Assembly (NCBI GenBank): GCA_004297215.1
Contig: SCUM01000001.1
Coordinates: forward strand, 417,181 to 481,180
DNA: 64,000 nucleotides
Source of the DNA: Patescibacteria group bacterium
Lineage (GTDB): Bacteria > Patescibacteriota > Patescibacteriia > UBA9934 > GWF2-40-263
Reading direction: 5' to 3'
This document shows, piece by piece, positions 17,753-27,472 of this stretch (position 1 is the first letter of the stretch; every line of letters begins with the position of its first letter). The notes beneath the pieces are model-generated. The model ran no database searches, had not been told where the DNA came from, and worked only from the letters and a program-made list of their open reading frames with translations. A program made the position numbers and the translations under genes.

Positions 17753-19549
17753 TTACGCCGGCATCCTGGCCGCGTCCGTCGCGCGCGCCACGAGTTCGGC
17801 CTGCGGCATGGCGAGCGCCTCCTCCGAGCCGAACACCTTAGCCTGCAGGTCGCCGCCTTCCGCTTCCTTCCCTCCGACGACGATCGTCCATGGCACCTTC
17901 ATCAGGGCCGCGTTGCGGATCTTCTTGCCGAGCTTCTCGTCGGAGGCGTCCACCTCCACGCGGATGCCGGCCTCGGACAGGTCGCCCGCGAGCTTCTTCG
18001 CGTGCGCCACGTGGTCCTCGCCCACGGAAGCGAGGCGCACCTGCACCGGGGCGAGCCACATCGGGAACGCGCCCGCGTAGTGTTCGATGATGACGCCGAG
18101 GAACCGCTCGACGGAACCCAGGATGGCGCGATGCACCATCACGGGGCGCTTTTTCGTCCCGTCGGAATCCGCGTATTCGAGCTCGAACCGCTCCGGCTGG
18201 TTGAAGTCGAGCTGCGCGGTGGCGAGCTGCCACGTGCGGCCGATCGCGTCGGTCGCCATGAAATCGATCTTCGGGCCGTAGAACGCCGCCTCGCCCACGC
18301 CCACCTCGTAGGCCTTCCCCATCTCCTTCAGGAGGCCTTCGAGCGCCCCTTCCGCCTGCTGCCACAATTCCGGCGAACCGAGATACTTCTCCGGCTTCTC
18401 CGGATCATGCACGGAAAGCTGGATGGAGAGCGACATGTCGAACGCCTTATAGAACCCCTCCACGATCTTCGCGATGTCCGTGAGTTCGTCCTTCACCTGC
18501 TCCGGCGTGCAGAAGATGTGCGCGTCGTCCTGCGTGATGCAGCGCACGCGCGTGAGGCCGGCGAGCTGCCCGGTATTCTCGTCGCGGTACACGGTGGTGT
18601 TTTCCGCGAAACGCACCGGCAGGTCGCGGTAGCTGCGCGGGGAGCTCGCGTAGATCTGCGCGTGGTGCGGGCAGTTCATCGGCTTCAGCACGAACGGCTC
18701 GTCGGTCTTCTTGCTGGTGACATGGAAGATGTCATCCTGGAACTTGTCCCAGTGGCCGCTGGTCTTATACAGGTCGGCCTTGGCCAGATGCGGGATCCAG
18801 ACGCGTTCATAGCCGTACTGGCGGTTGAACGACCAGACGAATTCCTCGAGCGCGCGGCGCATGGAGGCACCCTTGGGGGTGAACAGCGGGAGGCCCGGGC
18901 CCACGAGCGGCGAATAGGCGAACAGCCCGAGCTCGGCGCCGAGCTTGCGGTGGTCGCGCTTCTTGGCCTCCTCAAGCATCGTCAGGTACGCGTCGAGTTC
19001 CTTCTTCGACGCGAACAGCACGCCGTACACGCGAGTCATCTGCGGGTTCTTCTCGTCCCCGCGCCAGTACGCGCCCGAGACCTTGGTGAGCTTGAACGCG
19101 TCGCTCACTTCGGACGCCTTCGCCACATGCGGGCCGCGGCACAGGTCCACGAAACTGCCGGTGTGATACAGGCTTGCCATGTCCGCGCCTCCTCCGACGT
19201 CCTGCATCTCTTCCGGACGGATCTTCGTCGTTCCCTTCTCCTTCAAGTCTGACAGGAGCGACACCTTGAAGTCCTGGCCGGCCTTCTTGAAGAACGCGAT
19301 GGCCGCTTCGATGGGCATCTCCTCGCGGCGGAACGCGTCGTCGCGCGCGACGATCTCGCGCATCTTCGCCTCGATCGCCGCCAGGTCTTCCTCGGAAATA
19401 GCACGCGGCAGCGACAGGTCGTAGAAAAACCCGTCGTCGATGACCGGCCCCACCCCGAGCTTCACTCCCGGGTACAGTTCCGTGACCGCGGCCGCGAGCA
19501 CGTGCGCCCCGGAGTGGCGCATGGCGAAGAGCTTATCCTGTTCGTTCAT
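17753..19549 (-). CDS. thrS: Threonine--tRNA ligase (lacks N-terminal TGS domain)
   Basis: RHSGAH, DLCRGPH, KPMNCPHH, AAFYGPKID, HRAILGSVERF. Confidence 0.98.
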   Translation of the reverse strand: MNEQDKLFAMRHSGAHVLAAAVTELYPGVKLGVGPVIDDGFFYDLSLPRAISEEDLAAIEAKMREIVARDDAFRREEMPIEAAIAFFKKAGQDFKVSLLSDLKEKGTTKIRPEEMQDVGGGADMASLYHTGSFVDLCRGPHVAKASEVSDAFKLTKVSGAYWRGDEKNPQMTRVYGVLFASKKELDAYLTMLEEAKKRDHRKLGAELGLFAYSPLVGPGLPLFTPKGASMRRALEEFVWSFNRQYGYERVWIPHLAKADLYKTSGHWDKFQDDIFHVTSKKTDEPFVLKPMNCPHHAQIYASSPRSYRDLPVRFAENTTVYRDENTGQLAGLTRVRCITQDDAHIFCTPEQVKDELTDIAKIVEGFYKAFDMSLSIQLSVHDPEKPEKYLGSPELWQQAEGALEGLLKEMGKAYEVGVGEAAFYGPKIDFMATDAIGRTWQLATAQLDFNQPERFELEYADSDGTKKRPVMVHRAILGSVERFLGVIIEHYAGAFPMWLAPVQVRLASVGEDHVAHAKKLAGDLSEAGIRVEVDASDEKLGKKIRNAALMKVPWTIVVGGKEAEGGDLQAKVFGSEEALAMPQAELVARATDAARMPA

Positions 19550-19588
19550 AGCGGGAATTTCGGAGAAAAAAGCATGGGTAGCGTACTT

Positions 19589-19690
19589 GAAACGGTCGGA
19601 AGGGTCAAAAGGGTTTGAAGGGTGAAGGAAACAGCCGGCATATGCCGGCTGACCTACACTCTTAACGACCCTTCAAACCCTTCAAACCCT
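19589..19690. repeat. Inverted 9-mer-array element with palindromic core
   Basis: (GAAGGGTYN)-type arm, CAGCCGGCATATGCCGGCTG (19632-19651), (ACCCTTCAA) arm. Confidence 0.85.
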
Positions 19691-20868
19691 CATTCCACTT
19701 CCACGATCACGTGGTCGGGAAGGCGCGGGGCCTTGCGGATGAAGGGCGGGAAGAATTCCACGGTCACCTCCTCGGCGATCCCTTCCCCGACCAGCAGGGC
19801 GCGGATCTGGTCCGCGGTCTTGCCCGTGAACCGGCTCGGGGCGAGCGCGGAACTGTTGGTGGACGGGACCGAGGTGCCGTCGAGATACACCTTTACCGTG
19901 GCCGTCTCGCCCTTGAGGTCGGCTTTCTCGACCGAGGTCTGCAGCGCCTCGAGGTTGACGTCGTGGAATTCACGGCCGGGCTTCAGCTGTTCGTACAGCT
20001 TGCGCTCAGCAAGGTTGCCGGCCCCTTGGCGGTCGTAGAAGGCGCCGATCACCTTCACGTCGAGCGTCAGGTCGAAACGGTCCGTCTCGGTCCCCGGCTC
20101 CACTGACGCCTTCTTGCCGGTCACTTCCACGGCGAACGATTCGCCAGTGAACACCGTGCCGGCCTGCGTGCGCAACGCGGCCTTCGCGTCCGCGGCGACC
20201 TGTTCCTTGAGCTCGGTCTCCGCCCGCGCGATGTCCTCGGCGGAAACCACCGACACGGTCCTGGTCCCGCCCGTGAACGGGCCTTTGGTCTGCGCGTAGA
20301 TGAGCGACTGCAGGGAAGACGGGAGCCCGGGAATGGTGAACGTCGCCTCCTGGACGTCGAAGGTGCCGCCGGTCTGGTCGGCGTACGCCGGGGCGTCCAC
20401 GCTGCCGCCCGCCGGGACCGTGACCTGCGCGTCGATGCGGTACAGCTTGCCGTCGGGGGTGAGCAGGCGCGTGGTCTTCACGAGCGTCTGCGAGCTCCCG
20501 GTCTTGTTGAACAGGGTGACCGTGCCGCGCGAGGTGCCCACGACCTCCTTGCCGGCGCCGGCCGGCTTGAAGGAGCTCGTGCGCGACAGGCTCGTGGCAA
20601 GCACGCGTCCGCGGATCTCGTTCTCGCGCGTGGGCGTCTTCACTACGTCCAGGATGAGGTCGGCCTTGACCGTCTCCCCCACCGGCTTCACGCGGATGCG
20701 CGCCTCCACGGTGGAGACGTACAGCACGACCGCGAGCACGACGCCCACGAGCACGACGAAGGTGAGGGCGATGCGCCGGTACAGCTTGAGCGAGTGCATG
20801 TGGGACGGAAGCGCTTCCTCCTCGAGGACGCGCTTGCCGCCCCGGGCCGGTTTGGCTTTGGGAGACAT
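19690..20868 (-). CDS. Membrane-anchored extracytoplasmic protein (CPR type often labelled baseplate-J-like)
   Basis: Single N-terminal TM; GTVTLFN, LVKTTRLLTPDGKLYRI, FTIPGL, FTGG. Confidence 0.7.
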   Translation of the reverse strand: MSPKAKPARGGKRVLEEEALPSHMHSLKLYRRIALTFVVLVGVVLAVVLYVSTVEARIRVKPVGETVKADLILDVVKTPTRENEIRGRVLATSLSRTSSFKPAGAGKEVVGTSRGTVTLFNKTGSSQTLVKTTRLLTPDGKLYRIDAQVTVPAGGSVDAPAYADQTGGTFDVQEATFTIPGLPSSLQSLIYAQTKGPFTGGTRTVSVVSAEDIARAETELKEQVAADAKAALRTQAGTVFTGESFAVEVTGKKASVEPGTETDRFDLTLDVKVIGAFYDRQGAGNLAERKLYEQLKPGREFHDVNLEALQTSVEKADLKGETATVKVYLDGTSVPSTNSSALAPSRFTGKTADQIRALLVGEGIAEEVTVEFFPPFIRKAPRLPDHVIVEVE

Positions 20869-20899
20869 GGCGTGGGGGTCAATTGTCCACAGGATAGCA

Positions 20900-23800
20900 C
20901 TAAACCGCCTCCCGCACCACGTTCTGGCGGCCGACAAGCTGCGCGAGGCTCCCCACGAGGTCGTCCGTGACCGTCACGCAGTAGTCGGTTTCCACCCGCC
21001 GCACCCCGCCGCCGGCTTCCACGAGGAAACAGACCCGCTCCGTCCCCGGGCTCGCTTGGATGATCTCGCGCAGGGCGGCGACCATCTCCTGGTCCGGCTT
21101 CCCGCGCAGCGCGATGGAAAGCGACCCGCGATGCAGCAGCGCCGTCTTCACCTCCTCCATCCCCCCTCCAAATACCGGCCGCATCTTCTTTTCTTCCCCT
21201 TCCGACCCTTTCGACCCTTCAAACCCTTCCGACCCTCTTTCTGCCACCCACATCCCCCGCTCCAACATCTGCGCAAGGCTCGCGGCCTCCCCTTCTTTCA
21301 CCACGATGAAGGAATTGGCGAGGAGCTTCCCTTCCTCCCCGTCGCGCTTTCCCACCTTGGCGGACACGAGGATCACCTGGTCGGGTGCTAGGATCGCCTT
21401 GAACTCGGCCCAGGTGCGCGGGAACACGATCGCTTCGCACTTGCCGCCCATGTCCTCGATCCCCACGAACGCCATGGCCTCCCCTTTCTTCGTCATGATC
21501 TCCTTCACGCTCGTGACGAGCCCGCCGCAGCGGGCGAACGCGCCGTCGGCCATGCCGGCGACCGAAACGCACGGCACGAGCAGCGCCCCCATCGTCTTCG
21601 CGACCTCCGCGTACGGATGCGCCGACACGTACAGGCCGAGCAGCTCCTTCTCCCAGGCCAGGATCTCCCGCATGGTGGCGGGGGCGGCGGGCCGCAGGGT
21701 GAGCGCTTCGGCCATGGCGCTGGGCGCACCGGCGAACAGCGACCCCTGGTTGGCGCTGCGCTCGCGCTCGCTCGTCTTGTTGAGCATCAGGATGCGGTCC
21801 ACGTTCACGAGGAGCCGCTTGCGCTCCCCGAGCCGGTCCATGGCCCCCGACATGATGAGCGCCTCGAGCGACTTCTTGTTGAACGCGCGGTGGGTGACGC
21901 GCTTGGCGAAATCCGCCAGGTCCTTGAAGGCGCCGTTCGATTTCCGTTCCCCGATGATGGACGCGATCACTTCCTCTCCGAGGTTCTTGATGGCCACCAA
22001 GCCGAAGCGGATCGTCTTGTCATCGACGTACGTGAAGGTGGACAGCGACTCGTTGAGGTCGGGCGAGAGCACCTCGATCCCCATGCGCTTGCACTCCTTC
22101 ACCGCCTCGGCCACCGTCTCGAGGTCGGCGCATTCGGCGGTCATGAGCGCGGTCATGTACTCGGCCGGGTAGTTGGCCTTCATGTACGCGGTGTCGTAGG
22201 CGATCATGCCGTAACTCGCCGCATGCGCCTTGTTGAACCCGTACGCCGCGAACGGCTCGATGAGCTTCCACAGCTCCTGCGCCTTCTTCTCGGACAGGCC
22301 GTTTTGCACGAACCCCTTGAGGAGCTTTTCCTTCTGCGCGGCCATCTCTTCGGGAATCTTCTTTCCCATCGCCTTGCGCAGCTTGTCGGCCTCGAGCCAC
22401 GAGTAGCCCCCCAGCTTGATGGCGATGAGCATCACGTCGTCCTGGTACACGATCACCCCGTAGCTCTGGTCGAGGATCTCCTCCATGCGCGGATCGAGGA
22501 AGGTCACGAGCGACGGGTCGTGCTTGCGGCGGATGTATTCGGGGATGGACTCGATGGGGCCCGGGCGGTAGAGCGCCACCATGGCCATGATGTCCTCGAT
22601 GCGCTTGGGCTTGAGGTCCGTCAGGTACTTGGTGAGTCCGTCGCCGTTCAGCTGGAAGGTCCCCATCGTCTTTCCGTCGGCGAGCAGTTCGAACGTCTTC
22701 GCGTCGTCCACGGGAATCTCCTCGAGCACGATGTCGATGTCCTTGGTGATCTTCACCAGCCTGATGGCGTCTCCGAGGATCGACAGGTTGCGGATGCCGA
22801 GGAAGTCCATCTTGAGGAGCCCGGCCGCTTCCACCGCCTTCATCTCGTACTGCGTGATCACCTTGCCCTCGCGCGTATCGACCTGCAGCGGGGTGTAATC
22901 GGTGAGCGCGGTGGGCGAGATCACGGTGCCGGCCGCATGGATGGACACGTGGCGCCCGCACCCTTCGATCTGCCGCGCGAGGTCGAGGATGCGACGCACC
23001 TGGGAGTTAGTGTCGTAGAGCTTCTTGAGATCCGGCGCCTCCTCGAGCGCGCGCTCGAGCGTCATGGGGAACCCCTGGCTCCCCTCGGGCACCAGCTTCG
23101 CGATCGCGTCCACGAACGCGTAGGTCTCGCCTAGCGCCCGGCCCACGTCGCGCACGGAGCCCTTGGCGAGCATCGTCCCGAACGTGCAGATCTGCGCCAC
23201 CTTGTCGGCCCCGTACTTGCCGCGCACGTACTCGAGCACCTCGTCGCGGCGGTTGTCCGCGAAGTCGGCGTCCACGTCGGGCGCGCTTGGGCGCTCCGGG
23301 TTCAGGAACCGCTCGAACGGCAGCTTGTACGTGAGCGGGTTCACGGTGGAGATGCCGATCGCGAAGCTCACGAGCGACCCTGCCGCCGAACCGCGGGTCG
23401 TCGTCACGATCCCGTTCTTGCGACTCCACTCGATGTAGTCGGACACGATGAGGAAGTAGGGCGCGAACCCCTTCTGGGCGATGACGGAAAGCTCGTAGTC
23501 GATGCGCTTGGCCACCGCCTCGTCGACGGCGACGCCCTTCCCGACGATCTCCGCGTACGCGCGCTCGCGCAGCACCTGGTCGAAGGTCTTCCCCTCGGGG
23601 ATCTTGAAGTCCGCGAAATTCCATTTGCCCAGGTCGAGCGTGACGACGCAGCGGTCGGCGATCAGCCGCGTGTTCTCGATCGCCTCCGGGCAGTCCGAGA
23701 AGCGGTCCTCCATGTATTCCCCGCTCACCATGGACGCGTCGTAGTCGTACTGCGCGAGGCGCTCGAAATCCTCAAGCGTCTTCTGTCCCTTGATGCAGTT

Positions 23801-24484
23801 GAGGATCTTCCAGGCCTCCACGTCGCCGGGCTTCAGGTAGAACGTGTTCTTCGTCGCGACGACCGGAACGTTCAACTCCCGCCCGAGCTGGATCATCTGC
23901 GCGTTCACCGCCTCCTGCTCCGGGATCTCCGGGCGGTCCACCAGCTCCAGGAAGAAATTCCCTTCGCTGAAGATCGAAACGTATTCCTTGATGAGGAGGA
24001 CGGCCTTCTCCTTGTTGTGTTCTTTCAGTGCTTCTTCGATCTCCCCCATGTGGCCGCCCGAAAGAGCAATGAGCCCCTTCGCATGCGTGCGCAACACTTC
24101 CTTGTCGATGCGCGGCTTGTAATAGAACCCTTCGAGGAACCCGATGGACGAAAGCAGCACGAGGTTGTGATACCCCTCGTTGTTCTCCGCCAAGAGCACC
24201 AACCGGTTCGGCTTCGTGTCGATGCGCGCACGCTTGAGGTGCCGCCCTTCCTTCGCGAGATAGAAGTCCACCCCCAAGATGGGCTTCACCCCCGCCTCCG
24301 TAGCCTTCTGGTAAAACTCCACGGCCCCGTACATCGTCCCGTTGTCCGTGATCGCCACCGCGTCGTGCCCCAGCTTCTGGACGTGCTTCAACAGCGCCTT
24401 CACCTTGGGCAGCGCCTCAAGCAAGGAGTAATGGGAGTGCACGTGCAAATGCACGAATTTGGACTTCTGCCCATCGACCGACAT
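20900..24484 (-). CDS. dnaE: DNA polymerase III alpha subunit
   Basis: FVHLHVHSHYSLL, RGSAAGS, FERFLNPER..PDVDAD, KMDFLG, YGFNKAH, OB-fold. Confidence 0.98.
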   Translation of the reverse strand: MSVDGQKSKFVHLHVHSHYSLLEALPKVKALLKHVQKLGHDAVAITDNGTMYGAVEFYQKATEAGVKPILGVDFYLAKEGRHLKRARIDTKPNRLVLLAENNEGYHNLVLLSSIGFLEGFYYKPRIDKEVLRTHAKGLIALSGGHMGEIEEALKEHNKEKAVLLIKEYVSIFSEGNFFLELVDRPEIPEQEAVNAQMIQLGRELNVPVVATKNTFYLKPGDVEAWKILNCIKGQKTLEDFERLAQYDYDASMVSGEYMEDRFSDCPEAIENTRLIADRCVVTLDLGKWNFADFKIPEGKTFDQVLRERAYAEIVGKGVAVDEAVAKRIDYELSVIAQKGFAPYFLIVSDYIEWSRKNGIVTTTRGSAAGSLVSFAIGISTVNPLTYKLPFERFLNPERPSAPDVDADFADNRRDEVLEYVRGKYGADKVAQICTFGTMLAKGSVRDVGRALGETYAFVDAIAKLVPEGSQGFPMTLERALEEAPDLKKLYDTNSQVRRILDLARQIEGCGRHVSIHAAGTVISPTALTDYTPLQVDTREGKVITQYEMKAVEAAGLLKMDFLGIRNLSILGDAIRLVKITKDIDIVLEEIPVDDAKTFELLADGKTMGTFQLNGDGLTKYLTDLKPKRIEDIMAMVALYRPGPIESIPEYIRRKHDPSLVTFLDPRMEEILDQSYGVIVYQDDVMLIAIKLGGYSWLEADKLRKAMGKKIPEEMAAQKEKLLKGFVQNGLSEKKAQELWKLIEPFAAYGFNKAHAASYGMIAYDTAYMKANYPAEYMTALMTAECADLETVAEAVKECKRMGIEVLSPDLNESLSTFTYVDDKTIRFGLVAIKNLGEEVIASIIGERKSNGAFKDLADFAKRVTHRAFNKKSLEALIMSGAMDRLGERKRLLVNVDRILMLNKTSERERSANQGSLFAGAPSAMAEALTLRPAAPATMREILAWEKELLGLYVSAHPYAEVAKTMGALLVPCVSVAGMADGAFARCGGLVTSVKEIMTKKGEAMAFVGIEDMGGKCEAIVFPRTWAEFKAILAPDQVILVSAKVGKRDGEEGKLLANSFIVVKEGEAASLAQMLERGMWVAERGSEGFEGSKGSEGEEKKMRPVFGGGMEEVKTALLHRGSLSIALRGKPDQEMVAALREIIQASPGTERVCFLVEAGGGVRRVETDYCVTVTDDLVGSLAQLVGRQNVVREAV
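21197..21236. repeat. In-frame 9-mer array inside dnaE
   Basis: CCCTTCCGA CCCTTTCGA CCCTTCAAA CCCTTCCGA CCCT; encodes GSEGFEGSKGSEG. Confidence 0.8.
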
Positions 24485-24564
24485 GGGGTGAGGGTAACAC
24501 GGGTCCACCCCTTGACCAAGGCCGGTTTTTCCGCAAGAATTCCCCAGTCTCATCGGAGGTCTCC

Positions 24565-25452
24565 ATGGACGACATCCCGACCTTTATCCAAACCATCGCC
24601 GTAGGCGGCGGCGTCGCGCTCGTCGTGATCATGGCCGCTCGGCCGTCGTCGCTGCGCCGCATCGCGGCCTGGCGCATCGGCGGTTTCCATCCGTTCTCCC
24701 CCAACTGGATTACCGCGTGGAGCACGGTCATCACGCTCCTGGCGCTTGTCCCCTACTCCGTGGGAAAGCCGACCCTCGCGGTCGGGCTCGGGGTGTTCGG
24801 CGGACTGCTCGACCGCATCGACGGGAGGAGCGCCGCCGCTTGCGGCAAGACGCTCGACGCTCCGTCGCTGTGGCAGCGGGCCTATCGGCTTCGTCACGGG
24901 GATTACCGCCTCGTGGCGGGCGGACGGACCGCGCAAAAGACGAGGTTCTTCCGAAGGGTGCCCGACACCCGCTTCGGCCGCTGGTGGTTCGAGATGAACT
25001 TCGCCGGCGGCACGGACCTCGGCAAGGTATGGGACCCGTTCCAGGACAAGGTGCGCATCTTCTCCGTGACCGCGTTCTTCGTCTGGTACGGCCAGGTGCC
25101 GCTGTGGCCGGTGCTGGTCCAACTCGTTCCGGAAATCCTCGGCACGCTCCTGCGCCGGCCGTTCGACCTGCTGAAGGCCTACCATCATCCGGACCCGAAG
25201 GCGACCTTCGTGGGCAAATGGAAGACGCTCGCCCAGTGGGGCGTGGTCGTGGCGGCGATCCTCCTTGACCAAGGCTGGCTCGACCCCGCCATGCTCGACA
25301 TGCCGGATGGCCGCTTCCTGCTGGGCAACCTCACGAACTTCGCCACGCTGTTCGCCATCGCGAGCCTCCTATCGCGCCTGCGGTTCGTCCGGCAAAACCG
25401 CGCGCTCGGGAACGCGATCGAGACGCTTGACCGTGGCATGAGCCACGACTGA
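24565..25452 (+). CDS. CDP-alcohol phosphatidyltransferase family protein (PgsA-like)
   Basis: SPNWIT, DRIDGRSA...GKVWDPFQDK, GKWKTLAQ. Confidence 0.82.
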   Translation: MDDIPTFIQTIAVGGGVALVVIMAARPSSLRRIAAWRIGGFHPFSPNWITAWSTVITLLALVPYSVGKPTLAVGLGVFGGLLDRIDGRSAAACGKTLDAPSLWQRAYRLRHGDYRLVAGGRTAQKTRFFRRVPDTRFGRWWFEMNFAGGTDLGKVWDPFQDKVRIFSVTAFFVWYGQVPLWPVLVQLVPEILGTLLRRPFDLLKAYHHPDPKATFVGKWKTLAQWGVVVAAILLDQGWLDPAMLDMPDGRFLLGNLTNFATLFAIASLLSRLRFVRQNRALGNAIETLDRGMSHD

Positions 25453-25481
25453 AACCCCGGCCTGATGTCGGGGTCTTTTTC
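25453..25481 (+). terminator. Intrinsic terminator
   Basis: ACCCCGGC-CTGAT-GTCGGGGT followed by a T-tract. Confidence 0.7.
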
Positions 25482-25537
25482 TGTCTGAAACCGCAAGGGT
25501 TAGGCGTTAGGCCGATGAGTCTGGAGATAAGGCTACA

Positions 25538-25577
25538 CAGACCCCCTCATGCTCCCCCTTTCCAAGGGGGAGGTAGC
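25538..25577. repeat. 40-bp hairpin repeat, left flank of DUF559 gene
   Basis: CAGACCCCCTCATGCTCCCCCTTTCCAAGGGGGAGGTAGC. Confidence 0.85.
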
Positions 25578-25930
25578 TGGCAGGTGATGTGCAGCCGCGA
25601 AAGGACTTCTTCCGTCGCATCAAGGACCTCATCGTTCATGAATCGGACGACTCGGAAACCGAGATCAGCTAAATAGGCCGTGCGTTCCTCGTCGTGAGCC
25701 ACTCCTTCAGGCGTGAAATGGCTGTCTCCATCCACCTCCACGACCAACTTGAGGGATGAACAATAAAAATCAACGATGTAGGGCCCAATCCCGAACTGGC
25801 GACGAAACTTGAGGCCGCCGACTTGGCGGTTTTGCAGATGCCTCCATAGCTCCTGCTCCGCCTTCGTAGAAGCGTGGCGCAAATCCCTCCTCCGTTCGTT
25901 GAACTCTTGTCTATTCGTGATAGACGGCAT
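25547..25930 (-). CDS. DUF559 (Vsr-like PD-(D/E)XK) endonuclease
   Basis: RRDLRHASTKAEQELW, KFRRQFGIGPYIVDFYC, VEVDGDSH, DEERTAYL..GFRVVRF. Confidence 0.93.
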   Translation of the reverse strand: MPSITNRQEFNERRRDLRHASTKAEQELWRHLQNRQVGGLKFRRQFGIGPYIVDFYCSSLKLVVEVDGDSHFTPEGVAHDEERTAYLADLGFRVVRFMNDEVLDATEEVLSRLHITCQLPPPWKGGA

Positions 25931-25934
25931 ACGC

Positions 25935-25974
25935 GCTATCCTCCCCTTGGAAAGGGGAGGCATGGTGGGGTCTG
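25935..25974. repeat. 40-bp hairpin repeat, right flank (inverted) of DUF559 gene
   Basis: GCTATCCTCCCCTTGGAAAGGGGAGGCATGGTGGGGTCTG. Confidence 0.85.
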
Positions 25975-25988
25975 CGAATTCAAACCAC

Positions 25989-27461
25989 CTATTCCTTGCT
26001 CGCCTTCACAAACGCCTTGTAGATTTCCACCATGGCCAGGGTATCGAGCTTGCAGTAGGCGAGGAGGTCGCGGCGCAGCGCCTTTTTGCGCTTGGCAGTG
26101 GTGCGCGGATCCGTGAGCTCGGGCCATCCGGCCGCGGCCATCTCGCCGTTGCGGACGTTGAGGCTGCCGTAGGAAAGGCTCGGGACCACCACGGGGAGCA
26201 CCTTCTTGAGGCTGGCGCTCCCTTCGAAGCGACTGTCGAGGTAGAGCCCGCGCTTCACCACCTGCATGAGGTCGTACATCCGCTCGTTGATCGAGCGCAG
26301 CGGTGCGCGCAACGACGGCACCAGGCGCGCGAGCTCCTCGTTGCGACTGGCCTCGAACCGCTCGTTCCACACGATCACGCTTCCCGCGCTTGCGATGTCG
26401 CGCGCGAGCGCGGCGGCCACGGGCCTCGCCGGATCCGTGGACGCGTCGTGCAGGAACTCCTTGTGCTCGAGCCTTCCGCCGGGCTTGCGCAGCACGTGCA
26501 GCGAATACTGGAACACGGCCTGCTGGTAGGGCCGGTACCCGTCGAAGTCCGGAATGGCCGAGGCGAACGTCTCGTAATCGAGGAAATGCAGCGGATACTC
26601 GAGCTCTGCGAACTCGCGCGCGAGCCCCTCGCGGTCGATGTTGGCCGCGGGCTTCTTCGCGCGCGCTCGCTTGAACGCCGCGGCGCCGCCCAGCGACTCG
26701 AGCAGGTCGGGCGGCACGTTCTTGGGCGCGATGACGCCGCGCGCGAGCAGCTCGCGCAGCCGCGCGCGCGGGAGGCCCGGCGCGATGGCGTACACGTCCT
26801 CGTGCAAGATGGTGCCGGCGTACAGCGGCAGGTACGGGCAGGACCCAGGCGCGGAGCAGGCCTTGAGGAGATCGAGCCCGGCTTTCGTGGAAAGCGCGAG
26901 CGTCTTCTTCGCGCGCGCGATCTGCGTGCGCGCCACCGGGAGCGCCGTCTTCACCTCCTGCGTGAGGTTCACCGTGGCGAGCACGCCGAACGGGTCCACC
27001 TTCCCCCGGCGCACGTACTGGTTGTTGACGTGCACGAGGAAGGTCTTTCCCACGCGGATCCCGGATTCCTCCAGGCAGACCCGCTGGAACGCGAGGTCCA
27101 TCACGTGCGTCCCCTTCTGCCCCGTGGACGACTTCACCTCGTACAGGTCCCACGAGCGCCCGCGCTTCACCAGGATGTCGCAGCGGCAGGTGATCCCGTT
27201 GCCCGTGAAGGTAGGCTGGAACAGCACCGTCGCCCCGCCCGCGATCGCCGAAGCCGTGTTGCGCGCCCCCGCCTCGTTGAACCCCGCGATCTCCACCCCG
27301 CGCGGGAACAATTTCTTCGCGAACAGGTCCACCTTGTTCCCTTCGTCGAACAGCCGCTGCAAGGCCGCATCGATCGGCGGCAGCAGGTGCGGCATGTTCT
27401 TCACGAGCCACAGCTGGCAGGAACACTCGAGGAACTTGAGGAAGTTGGATTTGGTAAGCAT
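25989..27461 (-). CDS. DUF2779-domain protein (RecB-like nuclease plus RNase H-like domain)
   Basis: CRCDIL..YEVKSS..DLAFQ; LDYET, FQYSLH, SLKKVLP, YCKLDTLAM. Confidence 0.85.
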   Translation of the reverse strand: MLTKSNFLKFLECSCQLWLVKNMPHLLPPIDAALQRLFDEGNKVDLFAKKLFPRGVEIAGFNEAGARNTASAIAGGATVLFQPTFTGNGITCRCDILVKRGRSWDLYEVKSSTGQKGTHVMDLAFQRVCLEESGIRVGKTFLVHVNNQYVRRGKVDPFGVLATVNLTQEVKTALPVARTQIARAKKTLALSTKAGLDLLKACSAPGSCPYLPLYAGTILHEDVYAIAPGLPRARLRELLARGVIAPKNVPPDLLESLGGAAAFKRARAKKPAANIDREGLAREFAELEYPLHFLDYETFASAIPDFDGYRPYQQAVFQYSLHVLRKPGGRLEHKEFLHDASTDPARPVAAALARDIASAGSVIVWNERFEASRNEELARLVPSLRAPLRSINERMYDLMQVVKRGLYLDSRFEGSASLKKVLPVVVPSLSYGSLNVRNGEMAAAGWPELTDPRTTAKRKKALRRDLLAYCKLDTLAMVEIYKAFVKASKE

Positions 27462-27472
27462 GAAGTGTCTGA

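Noticed and set aside
19632-19651. Functional link between the paired GCCGGC sites in the element core and the Cfr10I-family enzyme
   Set aside because: GCCGGC is common here, the 13.5-kb core lacks it and the enzyme specificity is unverified
19690-20868. Prophage baseplate gene
   Set aside because: Membrane-anchored single gene between thrS and dnaE with no other phage genes
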